Virus record (IMG/VR): IMGVR_UViG_3300031519_000117
Location: 1-33,129 of that record
Length of the DNA: 33,129 bases
DNA from: a virus
Taxonomy: Duplodnaviria > Caudoviricetes
Strand: one strand, 5' to 3'
Part shown: positions 1-15,000 of the stretch, in pieces
How the letters are laid out: each line of letters starts with the position of its first letter
Position numbering within the stretch: position 1 is the stretch's first letter
The notes under the pieces: model-generated
What the model saw: only the letters and a program-made list of their open reading frames with translations
What the model was told of the DNA's origin: nothing
Database searches by the model: none
Made by a program: the position numbers and the translations under genes

Positions 1-3000
1 TCTTCAGATCACTTACCTCGGTATTTTAGAACACAAGTAAACAATAAGTTTTTATCAAGTACAATTGACCAACTTATGCAACCAGGAACGGCTGAAAAGT
101 TGTCTGGGTATTTTGGACAAAAAGAAGCTAAAGGTAGATTACTAAATGACTTCTACATAAATGATGTTAGTAAAAGTAGAGAAGATTATCAATTTGAACC
201 GGCAATTATAAACAAAGACAGTTTAAATAATATTAACTTTTATGCTGATTACAACGATGTAATTAATCAACTTAATACTTTAGGATCAAGTGTTAAAGAT
301 CACAGTTTATTAAACCGACAAGAATACTATTCTTGGGCGCCTAATATTGATTGGGATAAATTTGTAAATTTTAGAGAATACTTTTGGCTACCTAGTGGAC
401 CTCAAGTTGTGCAAATTGCAGGCGAAAAAGACAACGTTGTAAAAACTATAAAAGTTACTACAGTCGACAATGGTGAAAATTATGGTTATGTTTTCACTCC
501 AGACGGTCAAACACAAAATCCTGTTTTAACATTATTTAGAGGTGTAACTTATATCTTTGATATTGATGCTGTAGGAAATCCATTATCTTTTAGAACTAGA
601 AAAGAAACTGCAGGCAAGTATACTCCTAATGTAAGCTATACTATTAATGAGCAAGTTCTTTATAACGGATCAGTATATCTTTGCACAAATGATCATTATG
701 GCGAGACTGATATTAATCTTGATTATTGGAAATTAGATACTACATTTAATTTAACAACGTCAGTTAGTCAAAACGGTATTGAAAAAGGAACTATTGAGGT
801 TACTTTAGATCAATCATCTCCTGATATAATTTTTTATATGTCAGAAAATGACTTATTTGCTAGTGGCACTATTAATGTACTTGAGTTAGAAGAAGCAACT
901 TCGATAGATGTGGAAGCTGCTATTTTAGGGAATAAAACATATACTTCAGAATTAGGCATTGCACTTTCAAATGGAATGAAATTAGAATTTGTTGGTAATG
1001 TAACTCCGGCCAAGTATGGCGAAGGATTTTGGTATGTGGAAGGTGTAGGCGAAAGTATTACACTTAGGTCAGAGGTTGAACTTAATGTTCCTAGTTCTTA
1101 TACTAGTGATTTGAGTGTAGATTTTGACACAACTGGTTTTGATGCATTGCCTTTCTCTGAAGCAATTGGTTATCCTGCAAATAAAGATTATATTACAATT
1201 AATAGAGCAAGTATTGACGGAAACTTATGGTCCAAATATAATAGATGGTTCCATAAAGATGTAATTGAAAAAAGTGCAGCAATAAACAATCAAATTGTTA
1301 ACTTAGATCAAACATCAAGAGCAACAAGGCCTATTATTGAATTTGAAGCAAACTTAAAACTATTTAATTACGGTACAGTTATTAAAGATAGTATTGACTT
1401 GGTTGACAACTTTACTACAGATATTTTTAGCACAATTGAAGGATCTCAAGGTTATAATATTGATGACGTTGATCTTACAAATGGTATGAGAGTACTGTTT
1501 ACAGCTGACACTGATCCGTTAGTTGTAGGAAAAATTTATGAAGTACAATTTATTACATTTAATAACGTAAGACAAATAACACTAAAAGAAACTACAGATA
1601 CTGCACCATTAGTAAACGAAGTTGTATTGTGTAAGCAAGGTACTACCTTTAAAGGTAATATGCTTTGGTATAACGGCACAATTTGGAAGAAAACACAGCA
1701 AAAAACAGAACTAAACCAACAACCTTTATTTGATGTTTATAGCAACACTGGCTATAGCTATTCTAATACAGCATATTATGAATCGTCAACATTTGCTGGA
1801 ACACAATTATTTACATACAAGCAAGGCACAGGAAAAACTGATACTGAATTAGGCTTTGCATTATCATATAGAAGTATTCAAAACGTAGGCGACATTGTTT
1901 TTGAATCTAACTTTTTACAAGATAAAGTTTCTTATGTAATGCCTGATGATACATTAGTTGAAGAAAATATTAACAAAGGATATTTAAGAAAATATTCTGG
2001 TAGAGATTCTTGGGAACTTTTAAATGGTTGGGCAAAAGCAGATGAACTAAGTAGTCAGCCAGTGATACAGCAGTATATAAATGATAATACAAGAACATTT
2101 TTTACTGTTGATGCATACGAAAGAAGTGCAACACTAGATGATCTTTGGGTAAGAGTTTTTGTTAATAATGATTTAAAATTTAAAGATAAAGATTATTCAT
2201 TAGGGCAAGATGCAAATGAAAATGTAACCGTTACATTTATTAATCAATTAACCATCGGCGATAAAATACTTTTAAAAACTAAATCATCGGCAATAAAGAC
2301 CGAAGCGGGCAAATATCAAATTGCTAGTAATTTAGAAAGAAACCCCTTAAATGCTAACGTCAACGAATTTACTCTTGGTGAAATAAACGACCACGTAGGT
2401 ACTATTGTTGAAGAAATTGGAACATTTGACGGTATATTTCCTGGTGTAAGTAATTTAAGAGATTTAGGAAGCATATCAAAATACGGTAAAAGAATTGTAA
2501 AACATTCATCGCCGTTTAACTTGTCTGCATACCATCTTGTAAACAAAGATGCTAATGTTATTAAAGCACTTAAATTTGCTCGTCGAGAATACAGCAAATT
2601 CAAGCGTTCGTTTATACAAGTTGCTACTAGTTTAGGATTTAGCGGTCCAGTAAAAGATCACGTTGATTTAATCTTAAAAGAAATTACAAAAGACAAAACT
2701 AATTTAATGCCGTTTTACTTTAGTGATATGGTACCTTTTACAGGATCAACAAGATCTACAACTGAAGTGTTTGATTCTGAAAATAACTTTTTTGCATTGA
2801 ATACTAAATTTAATCTAACTACGTTATCAGATATTGCTGTACAAGTTTATTTAAACGGTGTACAATTATTACATAATAGAGATTATACATTTAATGAACA
2901 GGGATTTGTAATTATCACTGCTGAAAAAGTGCAAGGTGATATTATTGACATTTTTGAATATCAAACTACTAATGGTAGTTATATTCCACAAACACCAACA

Positions 3001-6000
3001 AAGTTAGGATTGTTTCCAAAATACGAACCAGCACTTTTGCAGGATGATACGTATCTTGAAACACAACAAGTTATTCAAGGACACGATGGTAGTATTACCA
3101 TTGCATATGGTGACTACAGAGATGACTTGTTACTAGAACTAGAAAAAAGAATATACAATAACTTAAAAGTAGAATATGATCCTGCGTTGTTTAATATCCA
3201 CGATTATATTCCGGGACACAGTAGAAAAACTGATTTAACACACTCTCAAATTAACGATAGTATGATTAGTGACTTTATTCAATGGTCGCAATTAGTAGAT
3301 AATGACTATACATTAAATACTGGATTTGAAAGAGAAAATTCGTTTACGTTTAATCATACTGGTATGGTAGACGTTGACGAACAGCCAGTTAATGGCTATT
3401 GGAGATCAGTTTACAAGTACGCATACGATACTGATCGTCCTCATACACATCCTTGGGAAATGCTCGGCTTTACTATTAAGCCTTTATGGTGGGATACAGA
3501 ATACGGCGAAGCACCGTATACAAGTAATAACTTGTTGATGTGGGAAGATATTCAAGAGGGAATTATTAGAACTCCAGGAACCTCAGGAGTTAAGTTACCT
3601 AAATATGCACGAAAGTTTATTACAACTCATATTCCAGTAGATGAAAGCGGAAATTTAATTAGTCCAATTTTAAGTAGTTTTATTAAAAGTTATAATACAA
3701 CAGATTTAAATGCTAGATATGAATTTGGAGATCACAGCCCTGTAGAAACAGCGTGGAGAAAAAGTGCAGAATATCCTTTTGCATTAATTACTTCTTTGGT
3801 ATTAAACCAACCATCAAGAACATTTGCTACAATCTTTGACAGAGCAAGACAAATAAGAGGCACAGCAACTCAAATTAATTATAAAGTTAATAACACTGTA
3901 ATTGCATTGTCTAATATTGACTTTCCTAATAGTATTAAAGAAGCAACTAGAGTTTACACTTCAGGATTAATTAACTATATTGTTGACTATCTTGCTGCAA
4001 ATGTTAGTACACCGTATGACACATATAAAACAGAATTAGTAACCATTAACAATCAAATTGGTTTTAAAATAGGCGGTTATACTACAAAGGATAAATTTAA
4101 ACTAATATTAGATAGTAGAACACCTACTAATCAAGGAAACGTATTTGTTCCTGAAGAAAATTATACTATTAGTTTAAATAAAAGTGCTCCAATTAAAAAT
4201 ATTACTTATAGTGGAGTTATTATTGAAAAGCAAAGTAATGGATTTATTGTAAAAGGGTATGATAGAGAAACTCCATACTTTAATCAATATCCAGCAATTG
4301 CTTTACAAAATGATCCATTAATAAGAATTGGTGGTATTAGTGCTAGTTTTGTAGAATGGACCCCTAGTAAAACATACGTAGACGGCGCAATAGTTGAGCA
4401 TCAAAATGTATACTATCGTTGTACTGAACAACACGTAAGTAGTACTGATTTTGATATTTCTAAATTTGCTAAACTTCCTGAAGTTCCTGTAGAAGGTGGA
4501 CGTGAAGCGTATTTTAGAAAATCATTTAAAAATAATATTGAACGTGTTTCTTATGGAACAACATATAAAACAATACAAGAAGTTGTTGACTTTCTTTTAG
4601 GTTATGCATATTACTTAGAGTCCGAAGGCTTTTGTTTTGATTACTATTCAGCAGATAACGAGTTTGTATCTAATTGGCAAACCAGTGCAAAAGAGTTTAT
4701 GTTCTGGAGTACACAAAACTGGGGTGCAGGCGCAGTTATTACACTAAGTCCAGGTGCATTCCAACTTAAATTTAAAAGTGAATACGCAGTAGTTGATGAT
4801 ATATACGACACATTTTATGGATACAGTTTATTAAAAGCAGATGGCAAAAAGTTACAATCCCAGTTTGTTAGTTTAACTAGAGAAAATGCAAAAGAGTTTG
4901 TTGTTAAGCCAAAAGCAACAGAAGATGGTATTTTTGCTGTAAGATTATCTTTAGTACAAAAAGAGCATATTGTAGTTATTGATAATAAAACTGTATTTGG
5001 CGATATTATTTACGATTTAGAACCAGGTTATAGGCAAGAAAGAATTAAAGTATTAGGATATAGAACAACAGACTGGGACGGAAGTTTAAATATTCCAGGA
5101 TTTGTTTTTGACAATGCAACAGTAACTGAATGGAAAAGTTGGAAAGACTATGCAATCTCTGATATTGTAAAGTATAAAGAATTCTACTACAGTGCTAATA
5201 ACAAAATTCCAGGTACTGAAAACTTTATCGATAGTAACTGGACCAGGTTAAGCGAAAAACCGTCAATGGACTTAAAACCAAACTGGGAATATAAAACAAA
5301 TCAGTTTGCTGATTTTTATGACCTAGACACAGATAACTTTGACCTAGAACAACAAAAATTTGCACAGCATTTAATTGGCTACCAAAACAGAGACTATCTT
5401 GCTAACATTATTAATGATGATGTAAGTCAGTACAAATTTTATCAAGGAATGATACAAGATAAGGGCACAAATAATGCACTTACTAAATTGTTTGATGTAT
5501 TGAGTAGTGATAACAAAGACAGTTTAGAGTTTTACGAAGAATGGGCAATTAAGCAAGGACAGTACGGAGCGTCAGAAGGATTCGAAGAAGTTGAATTTAT
5601 TCTAGATGAAGACCAATTTAAATTACAACCGCAAAGTGTTGAATTAGTAAATTCGACTACTGGTAGTGAAACAGATCTTATATACAGAATTAAACCGTTT
5701 GAAGTATATCTTCGCCCTAACGATTACAATCATAAACCGTTCCCTACAACATATGTTAAGGACACGTACACAAAAAATAGTGGATACGTTAACAACGAAG
5801 ACGTTCAATTTGTTATTGACGATTACGAATCTATTGCTAATATTGAATATAATGATGTTAGAAATAAAGATATGTTTTGGGTAGGTAACGTTGGGCTATC
5901 TTGGAATGTATATACACTGCTAAGATTAGATCTTGAGCTAGAAGAAGTTGCAGTTGACGGTGATACAAGAACACTAAAATTTGCAACTAATATCAGTACA

Positions 6001-9000
6001 TTAAATGTAGATGACTATATTGGTATTGAATATGTATCAGAAGATGGCGTTAACATAGGAAAGTTTGTAAAAGTTACAAAGATTCTTAATAATATAGTTA
6101 CAATTGACGATTTAGAATTGTCGGCATCTGAAACTGTTACTAATACAATTATGACACACTTTGTAAGTGTACGAGTCGGAACATATGACGAGGCAAGTAA
6201 GTTAGTACAAACTTATAAACAAGGAATTACTAGAGTATGGGTTGACGAAGACAGCAATAACCAATGGAAAGTTATTGAAAATACTCCTGGATATAAAAAT
6301 CATCAAGTAATTGCTAACTCTCAAGCAGGCACAGATCACACTTATGGATATTCACTTGCTGCTAACAATAATAATACATTGTTATGTGTAGGTGCACCTG
6401 ATAACAATAACGGAAAAGTTTTTGTTTATGTAAGAGCTGGCAATGCAGGATCATATCAACTGAATCAGATTATTGAACCGGATTCAGGACTTGCAGATGA
6501 TAACGAAAAGTTTGGTTATAGTATCGATGTTGATGAAACAGGAAGATACTTAGTAGTAGGCTCACCAGAAGCGTCTAATGTAAGAAGTGACTTTAACGGT
6601 GAATGGGTTACTACAACAAATTATAATCCAAGTGACATTGTAAGATATAAAGATAATTTATGGTCTGCTAATAAAGAAATTGATGGCGCAACAAACGCTA
6701 TTCAATTTGGTAGTTTTGAATCTGTAGCACAAATTATGGTTGCTCTTTTACAAACAGAACAAGACGATAATCCAAGACCAACTATTTTAACTGGTGATTA
6801 TCCATTTAATAGTGAAGAAATAGATGCAGCATTTAATACAGATCACTGGATTGTTAAAGCACCAAGAGATATGTATGACGGGTCAGGAATTGGCGATACT
6901 GTTAAACTTCGTTGGAATGATCTAACTTATGCAAATCAAGGCACAGCAACAATTAATAGTGTTGCACCATTTGGCGGTGATAATCCGTTAATTGACGAAG
7001 CATACATAACTGGCGATCATACTATTGTTGAAAAGATTGACAGTATTTTATATGTAGAAAACTCTACTACTATTCCTCTTGTAGGGCAAATTATTGAATC
7101 AATTAACGGATTTGCTGAAGTTTCATACACGTTTAATGTTGGTGCAAAAGTTACAATTTATGTTAAAAATCAAAACGGTACTTTTGGTACAGTAGGATCA
7201 ATTACTACTAGCATTGGTGAATTTGTAGGCGAATATATAACAGCTGGACCTGATGACACCGCAGTAGACGCTGACGAAAGTTGGGGTGGATATTGGAGAT
7301 TTAATACTCCATCTTCATATCTTGTTGCAAATACTACTAATTCAGACTTAGGTAGAGGATTAGTATATGTCGACGTAACACCAATTGGTGAAACAAATGA
7401 GAATAGATTTTATTATAATCAACTTGACTATGCAACAAATAATGTAAACAGTGCAGACACTGATCATAATCAACTTATAACATTAAGTTTTGAAGGATCT
7501 CCGGGTCCGGAAGAAGTTGTCGGATCATTTGAATCAGGTCTATATGTTTTCAAAGCACCGTTAGCACTAACAGATCAGTTAGAGACTGAATTAGTTTCTC
7601 AAGGTGACCCAGGAAATCCTGCATTGGATATATTCTATAATCCAATGCCTTCGTTCTTAACAGGCGAACTTGGCAACAGAGATGTTGCAACTATTGGCCT
7701 TGATGTTAACGATGTTAATAAAAAGCATACAGTTTATGATGTTTGGGACGGTTGGATTGATTTTAGAATTACTAAAAACTTAGGCGGTAATCCTGTTGAT
7801 CCAAAAGTTGGATTAACTGTTAGAGATGTAACAAATTTAGGAACTGCTGAAGTTGTATTCTATCAAAGATACGATACAGTTAATGCTAGAATATATGTTA
7901 AAAACGTTACAGGTACGTGGGCAGTAGGCAATCTGTTTAATGAAAATAGAGAAATAGAATTTTTAGCAGACGGTAGCGGAGATCCGTTGTACGATCCCGG
8001 AGCAGGTTTTAGAATATTTGGACAAATTGAGCAAAGAAGTTTTCCATCAGTAGCAGACGGTATTGGAAAGTTTGTTGTAATTAACAATGGACCAAATATC
8101 CAAATTCAAGATATTGATGACGATGTTGCTACTAGAGAAGATACAATTAGTAATGGCGAATATTGGTTCTTTAGAGAAGAAACAGTAAACGGTATTGCAA
8201 GATTACCAAACATACCAACTATAACTAATAATGATTGGGATATTATTTACAATGTTCCTGCATCAACAGGCGGAACAACTCCAGTAGCCGCAGGAAATGC
8301 TGCAACTGCTAATGAAGGTATGTACTCGATATATGAAAGACGGGGCATTGGATCTTTTGTTAAAGTAAATTCATTTATTGTTCCTGATAGAAAAGAAAAT
8401 CAATATCTTGGAACTAAGATTAAGGTTACACAAAATGGTAGTACTAATAAACTGTTTGTAGAATCTAAAGGAGACAATACACTTACAAATCCAGGAAGAA
8501 TTTACATATATAAAAATGGTAATTTTGACGGTGTAAACTTTGGCTGGGATTCTTCTAGAAATAAATCATATACAGGTGTTTATGATACATCAACAGTATA
8601 CTTTACAGATGAATTAGTTTATAATAACGGAGAACTATACAGAGCTGCCACTACCACAGGCCCCGGAGCGTTTGATAATTCAGACTGGACAGTACTTGCT
8701 GATAACGAGATAGTAGATTACTTAGGATATCTTCCAAATAAAACTGGTAATATCGTAGGAGAGAATGAAATAATAGATGCAGTTCAATTAACAAAGTTTG
8801 CAAAAGCATTTGACGTTGACGGCACAGGCGAAGTTATTGTTGTTACTACAGAATATTCTTTAGAAAAACCAAATACTATTGAAGTTTATAGAAACATTAA
8901 CGGGTCATTCTATAAAGCACAATCAATAGAAGCACCAAATAAAGACACAAACTTTGGTACAAATATTGCAATTAGTAACGATGGCGGATTGATTGCTGTT

Positions 9001-12000
9001 GGAGCACCTTATGATGATACCGAAAGTCTTGATCAAGGTAAAGTTTATGTTTACAAAAAACAAGCTGGAGCATTTGCTTTATCACAAACATTGTTTAGTC
9101 CGTCAAAAGAAAAAACAGAGTTATTTGGTTGGACTGTAGACTTTGATGGTTCAAAATTAATTATTGGATCTAGAAATAGTGATAGTTCTATAACAACTAC
9201 ATTTGACGGTAGTGGAGTAGGTAATACTACACCAGTAACAACATTTGATAATAAATTAACTACGTTCAAAGCATTTGCGGCAGATACTGGTAATGTTAGA
9301 GTTTATGAAAGATTAGAAGATAATCTTATCTATGCTGAAACATTAGAATTTGATAGAGACAATGTTATCTACTTTGGTACTAATGTGTTGCTTAAAAACA
9401 ACCACGTATATGTTGGGCTTCCAGAATACAACACTTCTGACAGAGAAGGTGTAGTAGTTGATTATAGAATTCAAGATAATACTAATGTTTGGTCAATACT
9501 ACGTGCTGCTAAAAATACTGTTGACGTAAGTAAAATTAAACGTGCAATGTTATATGATAAAAGCACTAATAAGATTATTGAATATATTGATTACATTGAT
9601 CCGTTACAAGGAAAAATTGCTGGCCCTGCAGAACAAGAACTAACATATAAAACTTACTACGATCCAGCAACTTATACAACTGGTACACTGCCTAACACTG
9701 ACCCAACTAATAGTTGGTCAGGTACACAAGAAGGTCAGCTATGGTGGGATTTATCAAATGCTAAATTTAAAAATCCTTATCAACTTGATGTTATCTTTAG
9801 TGCTACTAATTGGAATAGCTTATTTTCTAATAGTAATTCAATCGATGTTTATGAATGGGTAAGAAGTAAATTGTTGCCAAGTGAATGGGATTCATTAAGT
9901 GGAACAGCTGAAGGAATCTCACAAGGTATTACCGGAACTACAAAATCTGGTGATAATGCTTATGTTGTTAAACGTCAATATAATAAAGCAATTGGAGTAT
10001 TTACAAATTACTATTATTACTGGGTTAAAGACAAATCAACAATTCCGGGTGTAGAAGGAAGAGCATTATCTAGTAAAGATGTAGCTAGTTTAATAAAAGA
10101 TCCATCTAATCAACAATATAGATTTATTAGTTTAATTGGCAATGATCAGTTTGCTGTACATAATTGTGAAAATCTTCTTAGAGACCAAGATATTGTATTA
10201 AGTATACAGTATTGGACCATTGAAAATCAAAACATTAATATTCATAATCAGTATCAAATTGTAACTGAAGGACTAGAATCTAGTGTTCCTAATAGAGACA
10301 TACAACGTAAGTGGTTTGATAGTCTAGTAGGGTATGACGAACAAGACAGACAAGTACCTGCTCCAGAGTTAAGTGATAAAGAAAAGTACGGTATTTTAAA
10401 CAGACCTAGACAAGGCTGGTTTGTTAATAGAGAAGAAGCGTTAAAACAAGTAATTACTCGTGTTAATAGTGTATTAGCAGAGAACTTAGTTGCAGACGAC
10501 AAAGACATTACATCATTAACTGATGCACAACCGTTTCCAAGTAAACAAAGCAACCGCTGGGATAGAAGCGTTGATACATTTACAGAATTACAATTTGTAG
10601 GTGTTGCTAAAGCTGAACAAGCAAAAGTTACTCCAGTAATTGAAGATGGTCAAATTGTAAGAATTAATATTACTAATCCTGGTAGAGGCTATGTACAAGC
10701 ACCTACAATTAAAATCTTAGGTATTGGCGGCGCAGGTGCTGAGTTAGAATCAGTAATTGATGGTCAAGGACGAGTTACTGAAATAAAAATTAATAGCAGT
10801 GGAACTAACTATCCTGAATCAACATTATTAACTATTCGAAGATACACAGTTCTAGTTGAGAGTGATCAGTCACTTCAAGGCAAATGGGCATTATACGAAA
10901 GAGATACTATATCAAAAGAATGGATACTAGTTGAAAGTCAGTCATATGATGTAAACAAATACTGGTGCTACTTAGACTGGTATGCTGCTGGATTTAGTTC
11001 ATTTACTAATATTGATTTTATTATTGACTTCTCGTACAACCTAACAACTATAAATGATAAAATTGGCGATATTATTAAGATTCAAAATGTTGGCTCTGGC
11101 GGTTGGTTATTACTTAGAAAAATTGATTCACAAGACGTAGTTGATTATTCTATTAACTATACAACAATTGGTAGACAAAACGGAACTATTGAATTTAAAA
11201 ATACGCTTTATGATGTTTCTGCAGCACTTGTAGGATTTGATACTACAAGTTACGATGTGCTAACATTTGATAGTTTACCTGCAACTGAAACTAGAATTAT
11301 TCTTAACACAATAAAGAATAATATATTTGTTAACGATCTAGCACTTGAATATAATAAATTATTCTTTGCAAGTTTACGTTATGTGTTTGCAGAACAAAGT
11401 TATGTTGACTGGGCATTTAAATCTAGTTTCTTAAAAGCAAAACACAATGTAGGCGAACTAGAACAAAAAGTTAACTTTCAAAACGATAACCTTCCTAGTT
11501 ATGAAGCATACATTAAAGAAGTTAAGCCTTATAAAACTAAGATTAGAGAATATTTAAGTTCATATGAAGCAATTGATAATTCACAAACAATTACAGCAGA
11601 CTTTGATTTGCCAGCAAGATATGTAGCTGCACAAGATAGTATAGTGCCGCAAGTTGTTAAAATTACTGACGGTATTATTCAAGCAAACAATCCTGAAGAA
11701 CTTGCAATATTTCCAAACAAGAGTTGGGCAGATAATTTAGGATACAAAGTATTATCAGTTGAAATAGCAGATGCAGGCGCTGGATATACAATGGCTCCAG
11801 AAATTACTATTGAAAATAACAATGGTACCGTAGCAACAGCAATTGCAACATTAGGTCAAGGCGGAAAAATTAATAAAATTACAGTAGTTAATCAAGGATC
11901 GGGTTATCTTAAAGCTCCTACAGTAACAATTAACGGTTCACTTGGAACAGACGGTAGAGAAGGCAAAGCATTTGCTATCATAGGCGATAGTGCTGTTAGA

Positions 12001-15000
12001 AGTTTGCAAACAGTTATAAAGTTTGATAGAGTATCAGGAGTATACGAATTTGTAACACTGAATACTACAGAAACATTTGCTTCCGGCGGTAAAACTTTTA
12101 ACTTTAATTTAAAATGGCCAATGGATGTAAAAACTTCAAGAGTAGCAGTATTTGAAAACAACGAAGAAGTATTATCAAGAAGATATACATATTCAAACAT
12201 ACTCGATACATCTAAAGGATATAATAGGTACTTTGGACAAATTAAATTTATAGATCCACCGGCGGCTAATGCTGAAATTAGAGTAGACTACTTTAAGTCA
12301 ATTAATTTATTAAAAGCACAAGACCGTATTAATTTAGCATATGCTCCTACTGGAGATAACTTTGGTAACACATTGGGACAGTTAATGAGTGGTGTTGACT
12401 ATGGCGGAGTTGAAGTAACATCGTTTGACTTCGGCGGCACTACAGGTTGGAATAGTTCTCCGTGGATGGCTCAAGGATGGGATATTTTTGATGCAGACTT
12501 TGAAGACGAAATTTTCCAACTAAGTGATGATAGCACACGTATTATAACGTTTGCTACACCATTAGAAAATGACACAACTTATAACGTATATAAAAACGGC
12601 ATAAGAATTGATGCAGCTGATTGGGATCCGTCAGTACCGTCCCCTACAAATCCAAATGCCCTTATGTTGACAATTACAGGCGCAGGCCAAACAGGTATTG
12701 CATTATATGACGATGATGCTCCTGTAGAATCTACAATTATTGTGTTTGATGAACAATTAATTCCTACAGCACCAGGTGATGTTATCATAATTAGAAAAAC
12801 AACATCAGATGGTAGCTTTATTGCTGATCCAGAGAGTTATGATACAGCAATTAGCGGTGGTGACTTAGTATACTCAACTGCAACAGGTTTAGATGCCGCA
12901 AGTATTAATATTGATGGTGATGGATTTGTAACTCAAACAACAAGTAAAGGTCCAGAAGAAATTGTACCAGGACAAGTTCTAGATACACTAGATTTACAAG
13001 TATACGAAAAACCAAAAGGCGGAGCAAGTCAAATTACTTCAAGGAACTATATCGGTAACGGTGTACAAACTATATTTGATATTGGATCAGTTATTACACA
13101 AACTGAAAACTTGTTTATTAAAGTAAATTATAATATTATAAACAAGACAGATTTTGTTCTTAATTTTAATACAAATCAACTAATATTTAATACGCCTCCA
13201 GGAAACAACGAACGTGTTAGTATTATAAATGTAGGATTTAGTGCAACAACAATTCTTGACATTGATTCATTTACAGGCAACGGCACAGCAATTGACTTTT
13301 TAACAAACGCACAGTTTGAAGCTAATGCAGTATCTTATGTAACTGTTAATGGCGTAACTACTGATGTTAGTCTTATTGAATCTGATGATACATATGACAC
13401 TTCAGGTAACTTTGTAATTAGGTTTGCAACACCGCCAATTAATGGTGCTGTAATACAAATGCTAATTGCTACAGGCGGCATTGAAATTCCGCAACAATAT
13501 AGTACAGTTACTATTGACGAAATAATTGCAGACGGATCTTCAACTAGTTATCAACTATCTCAAGCACCATTTGAAGATAAGCCAGAACAGCAGTTTGTAC
13601 TGGTTAAAGTTAACAACCAAATACTTGAAGGCGGATATAGCCAAACATTTAAAGTTAAGAAAAATTTAAAAGAATATCAATTAGATTTAACACAAATTCC
13701 AGTAGCAAGCATTAACAGTTATGATTTATTAGTATACCTAAATGATGTTGAATTAGAATATTTACAAACTTGGACATTTGAAGGCGCAGGCTCTTTTGAT
13801 TCATCACTAACTGCACAGTCACAACCAGGTTCTACGCTAACACTAACACAAGGTATTGGCGAAGAAGGAGATGAGTTAAAAATAGTTGTTGTTACAGGCA
13901 GTGATTATAGAATGGGCTATTTAGATTCTAGCAACGACTTTATTAAAACACCAGATACAGTATACTTTGATTCAGTATATCCAGAAGATACAAAAATTGA
14001 AATTATGCAATTTAGTAACGATAAGAGTCAGGGTATTGAACGTCAGTCGTTTGAAGTTACTGAAAAGACTGAAACAACTCCAGGTACTCCTTTATATTAT
14101 AGTTTTGGATTGCTAAGAAAAGGCATTATTACATTACGTAAGCCAGCAAGAGATTCTGAGTATGTTTGGGTAACTAGAAACGGCACATTATTAATGCCTA
14201 ATGTAGATTATATTGTTACTTCAAACAAAAACTATGTAAAACTTGCAGAACAGCCGCAAGAAGGCGACAAGTTACAAGTAATTCATTTTGCAGAAGAAAT
14301 TGTTGTTAATAAATTTGGATGGCGCCAGTTTAAAGATATGTTAAATAGAACTCATTACAAGCGTTTGCAAGAATTACAACATTTAGCACAACCATTAAAC
14401 TGGTATGATGATGTAATTGAAGTAGTTGATGCAACAGATCTTCCAAATCCAGAAACAGACTCTAAGTATCCAGGGATTATCTTTATTGAAGGTGAACGCA
14501 TTGAGTACTTTAGAAAAGCTGGTAATACTTTACTACAGTTACGTAGAGGAACATTAGGAACAGGTATTAAGCAACTTTATGAAGCAGGCGCAATGTTTAT
14601 GGAACAAGGTGCAGGCGCAACACTACCTTACAAAGATGACAAGCAAGTTGTAACAGTTACAGCTGGCGGTTATAGTACAGGTAGTGAAACATATGAAAAT
14701 AGTAGCGGAATGAGTGTTACTAGTGTAGCATATGATTTTAATAATAACACAGCATTTCCGTTAGGCGGTCAAGTGTGTACTGTTATAGGAACAGGATTTA
14801 CTAATCGTGCTGAAATATATGTTGGAGATACACTAGTAGTAACTACATTTATATCATCAACTGAACTAACATTTGTTACTCCGGCATTATCAGTTGGAGC
14901 ATATGACTTAATTGTAGTAAATCCATTTACAAGTACTCCAATTGATACACCTCAAACTAGTTTTGTACTTAATGGAGGTATTAAATATGTGCAAGTATTA

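Noticed and set aside
76-78. ATG76 as the start of the giant protein
   Set aside because: The frame is open and protein-like from base 1 and there is no RBS before 76, so the true start is probably upstream of the window.
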